This document shows positions 1 through 10,038 of a stretch of DNA of 64,000 nt, piece by piece. Below the pieces are notes generated by a model. It worked only from the letters and a program-made list of their open reading frames with translations. It had not been told where the DNA came from and made no database searches. The DNA lies in the NCBI GenBank assembly GCA_963676215.2, contig CAXXVT010000002.1, positions 190,784 through 254,783 on the forward strand, in the 5' to 3' direction. The position numbers and the translations under genes are program-made. The stretch's first letter is position 1, and every line of letters starts with the position of its first letter. Origin of the DNA: Opitutales bacterium (GTDB lineage: Bacteria > Verrucomicrobiota > Verrucomicrobiia > Opitutales > JAFGAQ01).

Positions 1-1191
1 CATGTAGGGACTCCAGTTGTTGAAAATTTGCAGCCTTCCAAGCTTCACTTCTGTTTCTTGGATGTAGATCCATGTATCTGGGATCAATTCTCTGAGTGTG
101 GGTATGTTGCTTTTGTTGGTAATCGCGAGTTTTTTAATAAGGATTCCTACAGTAATGAAATCCCGATATTGAAGTTTCGAAGCGATCTCGAGCACATGGG
201 TAGGCGGGCTTGGTTGCATGGCCGCAATAAGGTCTTTAATTGGCATCGTTGAAATGACGTGATCACATGCGATTTCAGTTAATTCTTCGGCTTTTTTTAC
301 GACCACTGCTCGGATTTTTTTATCCTCTCTAATAAGTCCGACAACGGATTGCTCCATATGGATTTCACCGCCCTGTTGTTTCACTCTATCCGCAACGGAT
401 TCCCACATTTGACCTGGGCCATATTTAGGATAGAGAAATCGTTCAATCAGGCTAGTTTCTGTATCTTTTTGTTCGATTCCTGTTTTTTTCTTAAATGAGA
501 AAAGATTCTTAAGGGCATGGGTTATTGCTTTGGTAATGGATAGCCCCTTTATCCTTTGTGCTCCCCATTCCGGTTGGATCGATTCACACGGAACTCCCCA
601 AACTTTTTCTGTATAGTTTTTAAAGAAAGTGAGATAGAGACTTTTTCCGAAACGATTTATCAAAAAATCGCGCAGTGAAAGTTCCGTTTTGATTGGAAAC
701 ATTTTTGCCCAAAGGTAACTTGTTCCAATCTGTAATAACTTTACGGGACCTAGGTTTAGGATTGTTTCTATAGAAAGACTTATGGGGTATTTAAAGAATT
801 TCCTTAAAAAAAATATCCTGGAAAGGCGGTATCTTACCAACATGACTCGATCCGATTTTTCAGGATCCGGAGCATTTGGATCATCCGATAACTCAATCTC
901 TCTCCCCACCTGATGGTAGTCTGGGGAGGGTTTTCCTTGAATCGGAAATTCCTTTCTCCACCAATCCATTACCCATTCGGATTTTGAAAAAAAACGGTGT
1001 CCTCCAATGTCAATTCGGTTGTTCTTGTAATTTACTGTTTTGGCGATTCCTCCAATATGTTCAGTTGCTTCGAAAAGAATAGGTTTAATGTCCGAATGTC
1101 TTTGTAATTCGGTTGCTGACGTTAAACCAGCGGGTCCTGCACCGATTATTACACAAATTTCGGGATTCTTGATTTGAGGTAAGTTTGCCAT
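1..1191 (-). CDS. FAD/NAD(P)-binding oxidoreductase (amine-oxidase / protoporphyrinogen-oxidase-like fold); C-terminus cut by window edge
   Basis: Absent from the ORF track because there is no stop inside the window. My translation of the minus strand from ATG at comp(1189..1191) gives [70 protein letters not shown]... It has an N-terminal GxGxxG dinucleotide-binding motif. The frame stays open to position 1. Confidence 0.75.
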   Translation of the reverse strand, partial: MANLPQIKNPEICVIIGAGPAGLTSATELQRHSDIKPILFEATEHIGGIAKTVNYKNNRIDIGGHRFFSKSEWVMDWWRKEFPIQGKPSPDYHQVGREIELSDDPNAPDPEKSDRVMLVRYRLSRIFFLRKFFKYPISLSIETILNLGPVKLLQIGTSYLWAKMFPIKTELSLRDFLINRFGKSLYLTFFKNYTEKVWGVPCESIQPEWGAQRIKGLSITKAITHALKNLFSFKKKTGIEQKDTETSLIERFLYPKYGPGQMWESVADRVKQQGGEIHMEQSVVGLIREDKKIRAVVVKKAEELTEIACDHVISTMPIKDLIAAMQPSPPTHVLEIASKLQYRDFITVGILIKKLAITNKSNIPTLRELIPDTWIYIQETEVKLGRLQIFNNWSPYM

Positions 1192-1344
1192 AATAGGGAG
1201 TTTTCAAGAATTAAGTTACATTTTTTCGGTGTCTTTTCAAAGGACAATAGAATAATTGATAGGAGCCAATCTAGGAAGATTCGGAGTTTCCATTTGTAAA
1301 ACTCAAACATAGCCAAGAGTCTGAGTTGGACTGCTATTATGGCA

Positions 1345-1953
1345 CTATTTGTTTTTGCCCTCGAGGAAGTAAGACCAGCTTTTGTCGTATTCTCTTCCTA
1401 CCAAATCACTGACAAAAGGGCGGACCCTCGGTTTGCTCGGTTTTCGGATCAACCTCAAGCCTGCTTCATGGGGCAGTCGGTTGGCCTTGAGTGTATTGCA
1501 GTGGATTGACGAAGTGACTACATTTTCCCATGTGGTTTTCCCACCGCGGTCCCGAGGGATTACGTGATCGATGTTGAGCATTTTAGGGGGAAAAATCTTG
1601 CCTGTATATTGGCACCGGTATCCATCTCTTTCAAATACACTCTGACGTGAGAACTTCACTTCTTGAACCGGAACTTTATCGTAGGATTTGAGCAGTAGAA
1701 CTTTTGGAATGTGAATCGCCATGTTAACCGTGCGCATCACGGACTGGTTTTCCCTAGGTTCAGTTGTAAAAGAGTGTTCGATCCATTGAGCCCCATCATA
1801 CATGCGGAAATCGCCTTCGTTCGGATCGATGACTTGTGCATGGTCTTGGAAAAGGAGAGAAAAAGCCCGCTTCGCGTCAACCACATTGATCGGTTGCCAG
1901 ACGCGATTTAATACGAGAACTTGGTGATATTCCGTCGTCTCCATCTGAGCCAA
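1345..1953 (-). CDS. Stand-alone HNH endonuclease family protein
   Basis: The C-terminal half carries an HNH signature: YRCQYTGKIFPPKMLNIDHVIPRDRGGKTTWENVVTSSIHCNTLKANR (C..Y..-DH-N-CN). The N-terminal ~100 aa have no motif I recognise. Confidence 0.8.
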   Translation of the reverse strand: MAQMETTEYHQVLVLNRVWQPINVVDAKRAFSLLFQDHAQVIDPNEGDFRMYDGAQWIEHSFTTEPRENQSVMRTVNMAIHIPKVLLLKSYDKVPVQEVKFSRQSVFERDGYRCQYTGKIFPPKMLNIDHVIPRDRGGKTTWENVVTSSIHCNTLKANRLPHEAGLRLIRKPSKPRVRPFVSDLVGREYDKSWSYFLEGKNK

Positions 1954-2027
1954 AATGTTGATAACAAGTGAGGAAATGTCAAGACTGGGAGAATGTGAGC
2001 TTGGTGGACGGTATGCCGGAATTGGTC

Positions 2028-2059
2028 AAAAAAAGACCGCTCGAGTGCGGTCTTTTTTT
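2028..2059 (-). terminator. Rho-independent terminator (bidirectional shape) downstream of ydbL
   Basis: The sequence is aaaaaaaGACCGC-tcgagt-GCGGTCttttttt: a perfect 6-bp GC stem flanked by A7 and T7. It lies 40 nt downstream of the stop of the minus-strand operon. Confidence 0.65.
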
Positions 2060-2098
2060 AAGCTGTGAGGCTCCAATTAATGTGAAATTCGAATGAAC

Positions 2099-2479
2099 TT
2101 AATTTTTTACGATCCAATCTCCTTCGGGTGTTTGCACCTTGGTTCCTGGTGAAGCGAGATCTCGCAGTTGTGCGGCTCGTTTTTTCTGTACCAGATCTAT
2201 GGGAGCATTGATTTGTTTTGCCAACATGGTGTAAACCGACCGACGGTCTGCGTTTTCCTCTTGAACCAATATCGCCTGCGCTTCAGTGACCTCTTTTAAG
2301 ATTGCAAGATAGGCTTGATTGTTTTCACCAATCGTTTGAGTGGTCTTCAATTCGATGATGGCTGGAAGTCGATCATTCATGCGCTGCTTCAATTCAGATG
2401 CAGTTTGACCCATCGCGGAAACGGCGGTTAATGCGATGACGAGAATAGTTGAAAGTGTTCGTTTCATGGTAAATGGCAT
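2099..2479 (-). CDS. ydbL: YdbL family periplasmic protein (DUF1318)
   Basis: It has a signal peptide (LVIALTAVSAMGQ). Segments ...IGENNQAYLAIL..., ...ENADRRSVYTMLAKQ... and the C-terminal PGTKVQTPEGDWIVKN resemble E. coli YdbL. It is the third gene of a ydbH-ynbE-ydbL arrangement. Confidence 0.75.
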   Translation of the reverse strand: MPFTMKRTLSTILVIALTAVSAMGQTASELKQRMNDRLPAIIELKTTQTIGENNQAYLAILKEVTEAQAILVQEENADRRSVYTMLAKQINAPIDLVQKKRAAQLRDLASPGTKVQTPEGDWIVKN

Positions 2480-2510
2480 TCGTTAAAATTGAGTTTGATG
2501 GTTGTTTTGG

Positions 2511-2705
2511 TTATTCTTCACCTTTGATTTCCTGAGCCTGTGCATCCAGGTCACCGAAAAAATCATCGAGCGCACGATCTACTTTCACGTTGATGTCCAT
2601 CGTGATGTGAATGGGTTCCACCTTGTGTTGAGTCTTTACGCTGACACAACCGGATAGGATGATACTCATTCCTATAATAAATATAACTGGTATTTTCTTT
2701 TTCAT
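2511..2705 (-). CDS. ynbE: YnbE family small lipoprotein
   Basis: I prefer the internal ATG at comp(2703..2705), giving MKKKIPVIFIIGMSIILSGCVSV with a lipobox LSGC. PIHITMDINVKVD resembles the YnbE core. It sits between ydbH-like and ydbL genes. Confidence 0.7.
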   Translation of the reverse strand: MKKKIPVIFIIGMSIILSGCVSVKTQHKVEPIHITMDINVKVDRALDDFFGDLDAQAQEIKGEE

Positions 2706-2777
2706 GAATAAGGTTATGGTTTGGACGGGATAGATTTCCCAAGTATTCAAAATTATTTTCAAGAGCGTTGAGGGATC

Positions 2778-5627
2778 CTATTCCGAAAAGAGGAGTGATT
2801 CAAACCAGCTCCTACTATTAAAAGAGCGGTTGAGGAGTCCCGGTATTTCGCCGGCGCGGATATTGAGTTGGATTCGTTCAATGGGGATTTCAATCTTGGA
2901 GTTATTGGAGCGGCCGGACATTATGACGACCGAAGGTTGATCAAATTGAGAACTGGATTGGATCTCGATCGAAAGTTCGGTCAGAATGATATCTCGGAGA
3001 GCTTCGTTGATGTTGATATTGAGGTCTTTGGAAATAACGATTTCAGGAATGTAGGAGGCGAAAACACCGTTTTCCGCGTATTGTAATCGTGCGGTAGTTT
3101 CCGGTGTAAGATGGGCGGTTCCTTTGCCCCAGGAGATTTCGCCTTTGGATAATTTGAATGGCAAGGTGCCATCGAGTTTGCCGCTTAAATTTTCTTTGAA
3201 ATCAGGAATTAACGCTGTGAGTTGTTTGATGTCGACCTCACTAAATTCTATTTTGAAGCTAACCCGATCATAAGGAGCAGCAATGGATTCTTCAACAATG
3301 ACCCTAAATGACCCACCGCAGAACTTGAATTGCAGATTCTCGATATTGAGAGCATAACCAGGTTCAATTTGGAATGTTGTTGTCAAATCAGAGACGTTAG
3401 TGGGGGAGTAGTCGATGGAAGCAATTTTGAGGTCAAAACTTCCTTCGCTTTCTCCCGTGATCAGGTCCTTGAAACGGAATGAAGGGAGTTGAATTCCTTC
3501 TACCGACAATCCTGCATCTGGCAATGTAAGAGTTCCATCCAACACACTCCCGTCGAGTGGGAGTTGAATACTTTCTCCCATTTGAACAATCTGCATGGTG
3601 GCGGACAACGCTGCGCTAACGATGGTGGTAGACATCGTGGGGAAAAGTTTTTGCAGGGCCAGAGTGCTTCGTTTATTGGATGCATTGCTCTTTGCTTCGA
3701 CCCATCCGTCTTGAGATCCGGTCGTCCAGTTGAATTGATAATCGGCGGTGACATCGATGGATGGATCCAGTAGATTTCCAAGCAATCTGAGGGTGATCTT
3801 GTCGTTGTCGATAAATCCGGTTGTTTTGGGGTTTAGGAGTTTCCACACATCCCATTTTATTCGATCGGCCTTTGCCGTAAGGGGGAGGGAATCATCGCTT
3901 TGAGTCAGCGGTTCAAGATGCGGAGTCATCAATTCAAGTTTTACGATGCTGAAAGAAGTTTTTTCAATCTTCCCCTTTCCATCCAGTTGGAGTGTGAGTT
4001 TTGGGTCTTTTAGATCGCGCGTGAAATCGAATTGCTGCCAGTTGGTTTTAAGATCGATTGCGGCCTCCGAATCTATTGTCGCATTTAGAGAAAGATTAAA
4101 GGAGTTAGCCTGAGAAAAACGAAAGTCATTCAAGGTGAGATTTACGTTCGAACTGGCTGTTTTTCCGTTCTGATTTGTGCTGACTTGGCCTGAAATTGAT
4201 CCTGTTAGTTTATAGGGTGTATTGGAATCAGATGAGGGGATCTCTGACTGGACTCTGATTTTTGGCAGGGGCAACTGAATTGTGTTTTGAAAGGATTCGA
4301 TCCCTGTAATTTCTTTTTCAGCTTTTCCGGTTAGCGTGAGAGTGATCGGAAGATTATGCCCTTCTGTATGGATCTCCCATCCGGCGATCAACGGTTTCAG
4401 ATCAACGTTCGCTGCATACTGGATTCCTGACTCTTCTGTGGGGAGTTGAACATCTGCATGGATGTTAAGCAATTGCACGGGAAGTAGCGTGGAATAGAAT
4501 GATGGAATTGAGAGACTCGCTTGTGGTGCTTCGAAATCGATTTCGAGGTCAAAACCATCTGAGACAGGATTTTCTGATCCATCTTCCGACAGCATCATGA
4601 ATGGGAAAACATCCCACTTCGAATGAAGCGAGGGTTTGGATGAGAGTGCGTTCTCAATTTTGAATCCACCTTCGATTTTGAAGCTTCCTCGGTTTGGCAG
4701 ATCGACCCTTTCGACGCCGAGAAGTCCCTCGAAAGATTGCAAATGGGTTGTGGATTCTGCGATCAGCGTGATGTCGTTGAGTTGAAATTGGTCCGGAATC
4801 GCGAGATGCTTCGCCATGACCTGGGCTGTAATGAGATCCTTCTGTGCAATGGTATCGAGGGAGCTATAGATTGGTCCGAGTTGAAGATTGAGTTGCTGGA
4901 TGATTGATGCTTGTTCCTGAGGAAGTAGGGCTGTAATGCGAGTCAACAAATCCATCGGATCCCAAAGATGGAAACTCATATTGAGCGAGCGATCTGTGAC
5001 ATCGACTGCTGATATCTTTGAATTCAACCGAACACTATCATCCCCCATGTGGAGACTTGCTTGGGTCGTTAATATCTCATCCTCGAGGGATGCATGAGTT
5101 TGAAGCGTGGCGTTAAGGATTTCTTCTTGATCCTTCTCGAGAAGAATCCGGATATCCCCGGCCAAGAGTTCCTTGAAAGGCAATGGAGGCAGGGGGGTGG
5201 AAAGGTGGGCAAACGTCTCGGAAATTGATCGTTGATGGCTAATATCGTCTACGGGGGAATCCGAGGATCGAACCGAAAGGTCGATTTTGATTTTTAGCGG
5301 ATCCACGAGGATGGAGTCTAGCTCTCCCTTTACGATGCGTGTGGGCTGATAGGACAACGTGATCCCGTCGCTTTCGATAGAAATACCCTCTTTTTGAAAA
5401 TGAACGTCTTTAATTTTAGCCTGATGAGCATCAATGTGAGCAAGCTTGAATTCGAATTGATCCCACTTGTTTCCATCTTTGTTCCATTGATTGACGACCC
5501 ATGGCAGCCAGGCTGAGGTGGTTAATGCCAGGAGGGCAAGGATTCCAAATAACCAGCCCAGTGTTCCGAATAGAATTAGAATCCGTCGCTTTCTTTTGGA
5601 AGGAATTTTTTGATGAGCAGGGGCCAT
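2778..5627 (-). CDS. ydbH: YdbH-like AsmA-family intermembrane (phospholipid) transport protein
   Basis: 949 aa with an N-terminal basic stretch plus a TM segment (ILILFGTLGWLFGILALLAL). The rest is long and beta-rich (low-complexity S/T/L/D), which is typical for AsmA-like proteins. It is followed by ynbE and ydbL as in the E. coli operon. Confidence 0.65.
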   Translation of the reverse strand: MAPAHQKIPSKRKRRILILFGTLGWLFGILALLALTTSAWLPWVVNQWNKDGNKWDQFEFKLAHIDAHQAKIKDVHFQKEGISIESDGITLSYQPTRIVKGELDSILVDPLKIKIDLSVRSSDSPVDDISHQRSISETFAHLSTPLPPLPFKELLAGDIRILLEKDQEEILNATLQTHASLEDEILTTQASLHMGDDSVRLNSKISAVDVTDRSLNMSFHLWDPMDLLTRITALLPQEQASIIQQLNLQLGPIYSSLDTIAQKDLITAQVMAKHLAIPDQFQLNDITLIAESTTHLQSFEGLLGVERVDLPNRGSFKIEGGFKIENALSSKPSLHSKWDVFPFMMLSEDGSENPVSDGFDLEIDFEAPQASLSIPSFYSTLLPVQLLNIHADVQLPTEESGIQYAANVDLKPLIAGWEIHTEGHNLPITLTLTGKAEKEITGIESFQNTIQLPLPKIRVQSEIPSSDSNTPYKLTGSISGQVSTNQNGKTASSNVNLTLNDFRFSQANSFNLSLNATIDSEAAIDLKTNWQQFDFTRDLKDPKLTLQLDGKGKIEKTSFSIVKLELMTPHLEPLTQSDDSLPLTAKADRIKWDVWKLLNPKTTGFIDNDKITLRLLGNLLDPSIDVTADYQFNWTTGSQDGWVEAKSNASNKRSTLALQKLFPTMSTTIVSAALSATMQIVQMGESIQLPLDGSVLDGTLTLPDAGLSVEGIQLPSFRFKDLITGESEGSFDLKIASIDYSPTNVSDLTTTFQIEPGYALNIENLQFKFCGGSFRVIVEESIAAPYDRVSFKIEFSEVDIKQLTALIPDFKENLSGKLDGTLPFKLSKGEISWGKGTAHLTPETTARLQYAENGVFASYIPEIVISKDLNININEALRDIILTELSIEIQSSSQFDQPSVVIMSGRSNNSKIEIPIERIQLNIRAGEIPGLLNRSFNSRSWFESLLFSE

Positions 5628-6578
5628 TTAGAGGGTGTCGCCGTCCTTTCCCCGGGGATGATAACTACTGTATTCTTCGATTTTCCTCGATAGATCTACA
5701 TCCGTATAAACCTGAGTGGTGGAAATATCTGCATGTCCCAGTAACTCCTGAATCACCCGCAAATCTGCGCCCCCTTGCAGTAAGTGAGTTGCGAATGAGT
5801 GACGTAATGAATGGGGAGTCACCTCCACTTTGATTCCGGCTTGTTTGGCGTATTGTTTGACAAGATGCCACACCGTTTTTCTCGAAATCGGTGATCCTCT
5901 TCGTGAGAGGAATATAAAGCTTCCAGTATGGGGCTTCACAAATTCCGGTCGCCCAATGGCGAGGTAATTACGAATGGCCTCCACTGCCGGTTCGCCGACG
6001 GGACAAATCCGTTCTTTCGATCCTTTGCCAGTGACTCGCACAAATGCTTCTTCAAGATCAATAGAGGTGAATCCCAGATTACAAATTTCGGACACTCGCA
6101 GTCCGCTACTGTAGGTGAGTTCTAGCAGTGCCCGATCCCGAAGACCAATTGCAGTGGTGAGTCTGGGACAGGCAAGAATAGCTTCAAGTTCCTCTATGGT
6201 TAGGGATTTGGGGAGTCGTTTTCCAAGCTTAGGTCGAGAGAGGAATTCGGTGAGATCGTTTTCAACGATTTTTTCGCGCCGTAAGAATTTGTAGAAGGTT
6301 TTAATGGCAGAATGTTTGCGGGCGATGCTGCGGCTAGCCAATTCACTTTCTCCGAGCGTTTGAGTCCAGTGAACTAAGTCTTGCGTGGACACTTTTTTCC
6401 AGGAATTGATGCCCCCTTTGCAGAGGATTGAGGCGCATTGTAAGAGGTCGTTCCGATAATTAAGAATCGTTTCTTTAGATAGCCCTCGTTCCAGATCCAT
6501 CCAATGTACAAACTCTTCAATCACTGCAATCATCTGCGGTGAAACGGGTTCTTCTGAGATGGCTGGACTCTTTTTCAA
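5628..6578 (-). CDS. xerD: Site-specific tyrosine recombinase XerD
   Basis: Motifs RPKLGKRLPKSLT, LRDRALLELTYSSGLRVSE, GKGSKERICPVGEPA and HSLRHSFATHLLQGGADLRVIQELLGHADISTTQVYT give the R..H-R-Y catalytic set and overall XerD-like layout. Confidence 0.8.
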   Translation of the reverse strand: MKKSPAISEEPVSPQMIAVIEEFVHWMDLERGLSKETILNYRNDLLQCASILCKGGINSWKKVSTQDLVHWTQTLGESELASRSIARKHSAIKTFYKFLRREKIVENDLTEFLSRPKLGKRLPKSLTIEELEAILACPRLTTAIGLRDRALLELTYSSGLRVSEICNLGFTSIDLEEAFVRVTGKGSKERICPVGEPAVEAIRNYLAIGRPEFVKPHTGSFIFLSRRGSPISRKTVWHLVKQYAKQAGIKVEVTPHSLRHSFATHLLQGGADLRVIQELLGHADISTTQVYTDVDLSRKIEEYSSYHPRGKDGDTL

Positions 6579-6614
6579 AATTGAGTGTTTATATTGTAAT
6601 TATAGTTTCCAAGG

Positions 6615-8216
6615 ATGTGTTGGATGACAATGCAATTTACTATACGACGTCTGTTCATTTCTTTCACAAATGCAATCATCGCAGTTGTTTGTGTGAGCTG
6701 TGTCGGTAGTAAGGACAAGGAGAGTGAGTCAAATCTTAATGTGGCGGTATCTGTAGAGATCGCAAGTTTGGATCCTCAGACCACCACTTCCGTTGATGCA
6801 ATCAAGATTCAAAGTGCGTTGTTTGAGACCTTGTGCCGAATTGATGCGACTACGGGTGCTATTGTTCCTGCCGGAGCCCTGCGATGGGAGATTCTTGATG
6901 AAGGAAAAACGTATCGATTTGAACTCAACCCTGCACTGCAATGGTCGGATGGAGAGCGGTTAACCTCTACGGACTTCGAGTATGCATTTGAACGGCTGAT
7001 GCGACCCGAACTAGGGGCTCCCTTTGCGGATCTCTATTTTTGCATTCAAGGTGCGGAATCTCGATTCCACCAGGACGATTTCGGCAGTCCGTGTTTTGGA
7101 GTGAAAGCGGTCTCTGATACGATACTCGAAATCCGTCTTTCCTATGCAGTTCCCTATTTTTTAACCCTACTGGCGCGCCCTTGCGCTGCAGCATTGCCAG
7201 AACACCACTTAGCTCACACTTCTGCTGAAATTTCGAGAACCGATGGCTGGTCACTGCAGCCAGGATTTCCTTCCAGTGGTCCTTATGTCCTTGAAGATTG
7301 GCAGGTCAATCGGCACATACTGCTGCGCAAGAACCCAGAGTATTATCAGGCTGATCAAATTGATTTTGAGACGATTCATTTCTTTTCAATCGAAAGTCCT
7401 TATGCTCAGGAGCAAGGGTTCAAATCTCGAGCGCTTGATGTGACCTCAGTCCTTGCTTCGGAACGCATTGCAAGCTTTGAAGGTGATCCCGTTTTCACGA
7501 GCCAGTTGGAAATGGGGACATTTTATGTCATTACCAATACGCAATCGGATCGGTTGAAGCAGAGGCTTACCCGTCGTGCATTGTCGCGAACAATTGATCG
7601 GGAAGTTATTGTTAAGAAGTTGCGGCAAAGGGGGGAATTGATCGCGACATCCTTCTCTCCGCCGTTGTGGGAAGGGTATCACCCGATGACCGGAGTTATC
7701 GATGATGCCAATAATGAGATTGATCAGCTTAAGCGTGGAGAGATCGGTAAACTTCGGTTTCTTGTTTCTTCCTCCGCGGGAAATCTTCAAATCGCGGAAG
7801 CTTTGCAGGCGATGTGGACCGAAGCACTGGGGGTGGAAGTGGAAATTGTTCGTCAGGAGTGGAAGTCCTACCTCGATAGTCGTAAACGAGGGAATTTTGA
7901 TCTCTGCTTGGCAACATGGATCGGAGATTATTTCGACCCGCTGACTTTTCTTGAAATGTGGAAATCGTCTGCGGTGAATAATTACAGTCGATGGAAGAAT
8001 GAGGATTACGATCGGCTTTTGTTGGCAGCAGAATCCACGGCTGAACCAAAAGCTCGTTTTGAGTTGCTCGAAGCGGCGGAACAGAAACTCATGAGCGAAG
8101 TGCCGATACTTCCTGTCTTTTATTTGAGTCGAGTGTATTTAAAATCCGACACTATCGAAATATGGCCGCAAACAATCCTCAATACAGTCGATTACACTAA
8201 GGTGCGCCGGAAATAG
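6615..8216 (+). CDS. ABC transporter substrate-binding protein, family 5 (peptide/nickel-type); lipoprotein
   Basis: 533 aa with a signal/lipobox-like N-terminus (IIAVVCVSCVG). Typical SBP_bac_5 features are present (LDPQ.., W.DG..LT..DF.., ..NP.YY...). No cognate permease or ATPase genes are adjacent. The start codon is uncertain (alternative Met a few codons in). Confidence 0.8.
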   Translation: MCWMTMQFTIRRLFISFTNAIIAVVCVSCVGSKDKESESNLNVAVSVEIASLDPQTTTSVDAIKIQSALFETLCRIDATTGAIVPAGALRWEILDEGKTYRFELNPALQWSDGERLTSTDFEYAFERLMRPELGAPFADLYFCIQGAESRFHQDDFGSPCFGVKAVSDTILEIRLSYAVPYFLTLLARPCAAALPEHHLAHTSAEISRTDGWSLQPGFPSSGPYVLEDWQVNRHILLRKNPEYYQADQIDFETIHFFSIESPYAQEQGFKSRALDVTSVLASERIASFEGDPVFTSQLEMGTFYVITNTQSDRLKQRLTRRALSRTIDREVIVKKLRQRGELIATSFSPPLWEGYHPMTGVIDDANNEIDQLKRGEIGKLRFLVSSSAGNLQIAEALQAMWTEALGVEVEIVRQEWKSYLDSRKRGNFDLCLATWIGDYFDPLTFLEMWKSSAVNNYSRWKNEDYDRLLLAAESTAEPKARFELLEAAEQKLMSEVPILPVFYLSRVYLKSDTIEIWPQTILNTVDYTKVRRK

Positions 8217-8229
8217 GTTTTGAAAGGTG

Positions 8230-8247
8230 AATGGAAACGCATCCATT
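8230..8247 (+). terminator. Weak hairpin after the SBP gene
   Basis: AATGGA-aacgca-TCCATT followed by a T-rich stretch (tcatgtttctttc). The stem is short. Confidence 0.3.
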
Positions 8248-8346
8248 TCATGTTTCTTTCTCATCGGGAAATTGAGATTATCTACGGAATAGGAATTGAT
8301 TGATCCCTGTTGCTCGCTTTTGCTGGTGGAGTTGTTTTTTTAATAG

Positions 8347-10017
8347 ATGGCAAAAATCCACGGACAGTTTAAATCGGAAGGGTTGCATCCCACGGGGCTT
8401 GAAGTTCCCGGTTGTTGGATGCGAGACCGGGCAACGGTTCGTTTTCGTTGCAAAGATCTGGTGAAGGAAGTGCGGATCCGTGGAACCTTTCATCCGAACC
8501 CATCAAGACTGCATTCGAAATACTCGAAGAAGCCCTTGGGTGTGTCGGCCTTTCTAAATAAACGGTTGGAAAATGCTTTTGTGGTCTCAGAAAAGGGAGA
8601 TTTTGAGTGGAAAATCGACTCTGCTCAGGCTGTAGATTCTGAGGAATCAATTGCCTTAACGCTCCAATTAAACGGAGTGGGGATATCCAATTTTCTGGCA
8701 CTGATCGGTCGTCTATTTGAAAAGACAATATGGCTCCCAAAACGATTCCGGGAATGGCTCCAACCTTTTCGCAGGCAGTACAATAATCGCCAGCTGTTGA
8801 TACGATCCATCGCAGTGAACGGTGATACCCTGATCGACCTTGATCGGCCCCATTCTGCATTCGATACGGAGTTTCTTTTTAAACACTCCAAAATGGGTCT
8901 TAGCGTTTTAGGTTGGTTTCATGGCTATCTTGGAGTCGGGGAATCTGCCCGGGCCTGTGCGAAAGCGGCGAATTCGGTAGGGTTAGAAACTTCAACAGTG
9001 AACCTGAACCTTCATCTGCAAGGCGGACAATCGGATGAACTTTGGCCTCAAGGACTCGATCGGGAAGGGAGACATGGTATCACCATTGCGCATGTGGATG
9101 CTCCTCAATCTTTTGATCTTGCGCAGAAACACCCAGTGGAAATGCACAAGGACAACTACCGGATCGGATACTGGGCATGGGAGCTGCCGGAATTTCCAGA
9201 TGCATGGATCCAATATGCTTCTGCTTTTGATGAGATTTGGTGTCCTTCCGAATTTTGCCGAAGGGCGATGGCAGCCAAGCTTCCGGTGCCGGTCATGACG
9301 ATGCCTCACGCGATCGAAATGCCCTCGGTGAAAGGAGATGTTTCTCAGTGGCGAAGTCGCTTCCAATTGCCAGAGGACAAGTTCCTATTCCTTTTCAGTT
9401 ATGATTTGAATAGTTACTCCCCGCGCAAGAATCCAGAAGCGGTCATCGAAGCCTATCGCAAGGCCTTTGCAAATGGAGCTGATGTGGAAAACGATGGGGT
9501 TGGCCTCGTGTTGAAAATGCATGGCCGGGGTTATAATGAGAATGAACGGGCTCAACTTGATAAACTCAAATTGGAACTTCCTAACCTGTACTTTGTTGAT
9601 GAAACGCTCACTCGGGAAGAACTGACCGGACTTCAAATGAGCTGTGACTGTTTTGTCTCCCTTCATCGATCTGAAGGTTTTGGTCTTGCGGTTGCAGAAA
9701 TGATGGCTCTGGGAAAACCCGTGATCTCAACCAATTGGTCTGCTACTTCGGAATTTGTAAACGAACACAACGGTTGTCCGGTTGACTGGAAACTGAAAGA
9801 ACTGGAAGCGAATGTGGGTCCCTACACGAAAGGGCAGGTATGGGCAGATGCTGATACTGACAATGCGGCACTGTGGATGCAAAAAGTGGTCAGCGACGAT
9901 AGCTTTCGAGTTGATATTTCTCGAAAGGGAAAGCAGTTCATCCGAACCCATTTTGACCCCAAAATCATTGGTGAACGTTATTTAAATCGTCTCAAAGCCA
10001 TTGCTCTCTTTGAATAA
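8347..10017 (+). CDS. Glycosyltransferase family 4 (Glycos_transf_1 domain) with a ~190-aa N-terminal extension
   Basis: The C-terminal GT-B signature is SLHRSEGFGLAVAEMMALGKPVISTNWSATSEFV (the E-x7-E region). The first ~190 aa carry no motif I recognise. Confidence 0.75.
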   Translation: MAKIHGQFKSEGLHPTGLEVPGCWMRDRATVRFRCKDLVKEVRIRGTFHPNPSRLHSKYSKKPLGVSAFLNKRLENAFVVSEKGDFEWKIDSAQAVDSEESIALTLQLNGVGISNFLALIGRLFEKTIWLPKRFREWLQPFRRQYNNRQLLIRSIAVNGDTLIDLDRPHSAFDTEFLFKHSKMGLSVLGWFHGYLGVGESARACAKAANSVGLETSTVNLNLHLQGGQSDELWPQGLDREGRHGITIAHVDAPQSFDLAQKHPVEMHKDNYRIGYWAWELPEFPDAWIQYASAFDEIWCPSEFCRRAMAAKLPVPVMTMPHAIEMPSVKGDVSQWRSRFQLPEDKFLFLFSYDLNSYSPRKNPEAVIEAYRKAFANGADVENDGVGLVLKMHGRGYNENERAQLDKLKLELPNLYFVDETLTREELTGLQMSCDCFVSLHRSEGFGLAVAEMMALGKPVISTNWSATSEFVNEHNGCPVDWKLKELEANVGPYTKGQVWADADTDNAALWMQKVVSDDSFRVDISRKGKQFIRTHFDPKIIGERYLNRLKAIALFE

Positions 10018-10038
10018 AATTCTCGATAAACTAAAGAT

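Noticed and set aside
8369-8860. 163-aa minus-strand ORF overlapping the 5' part of the GT4 gene
   Set aside because: It is antisense to the ORF that carries the GT4 signature in the same continuous frame. It has no motifs and is Arg/Pro/Ser-rich.
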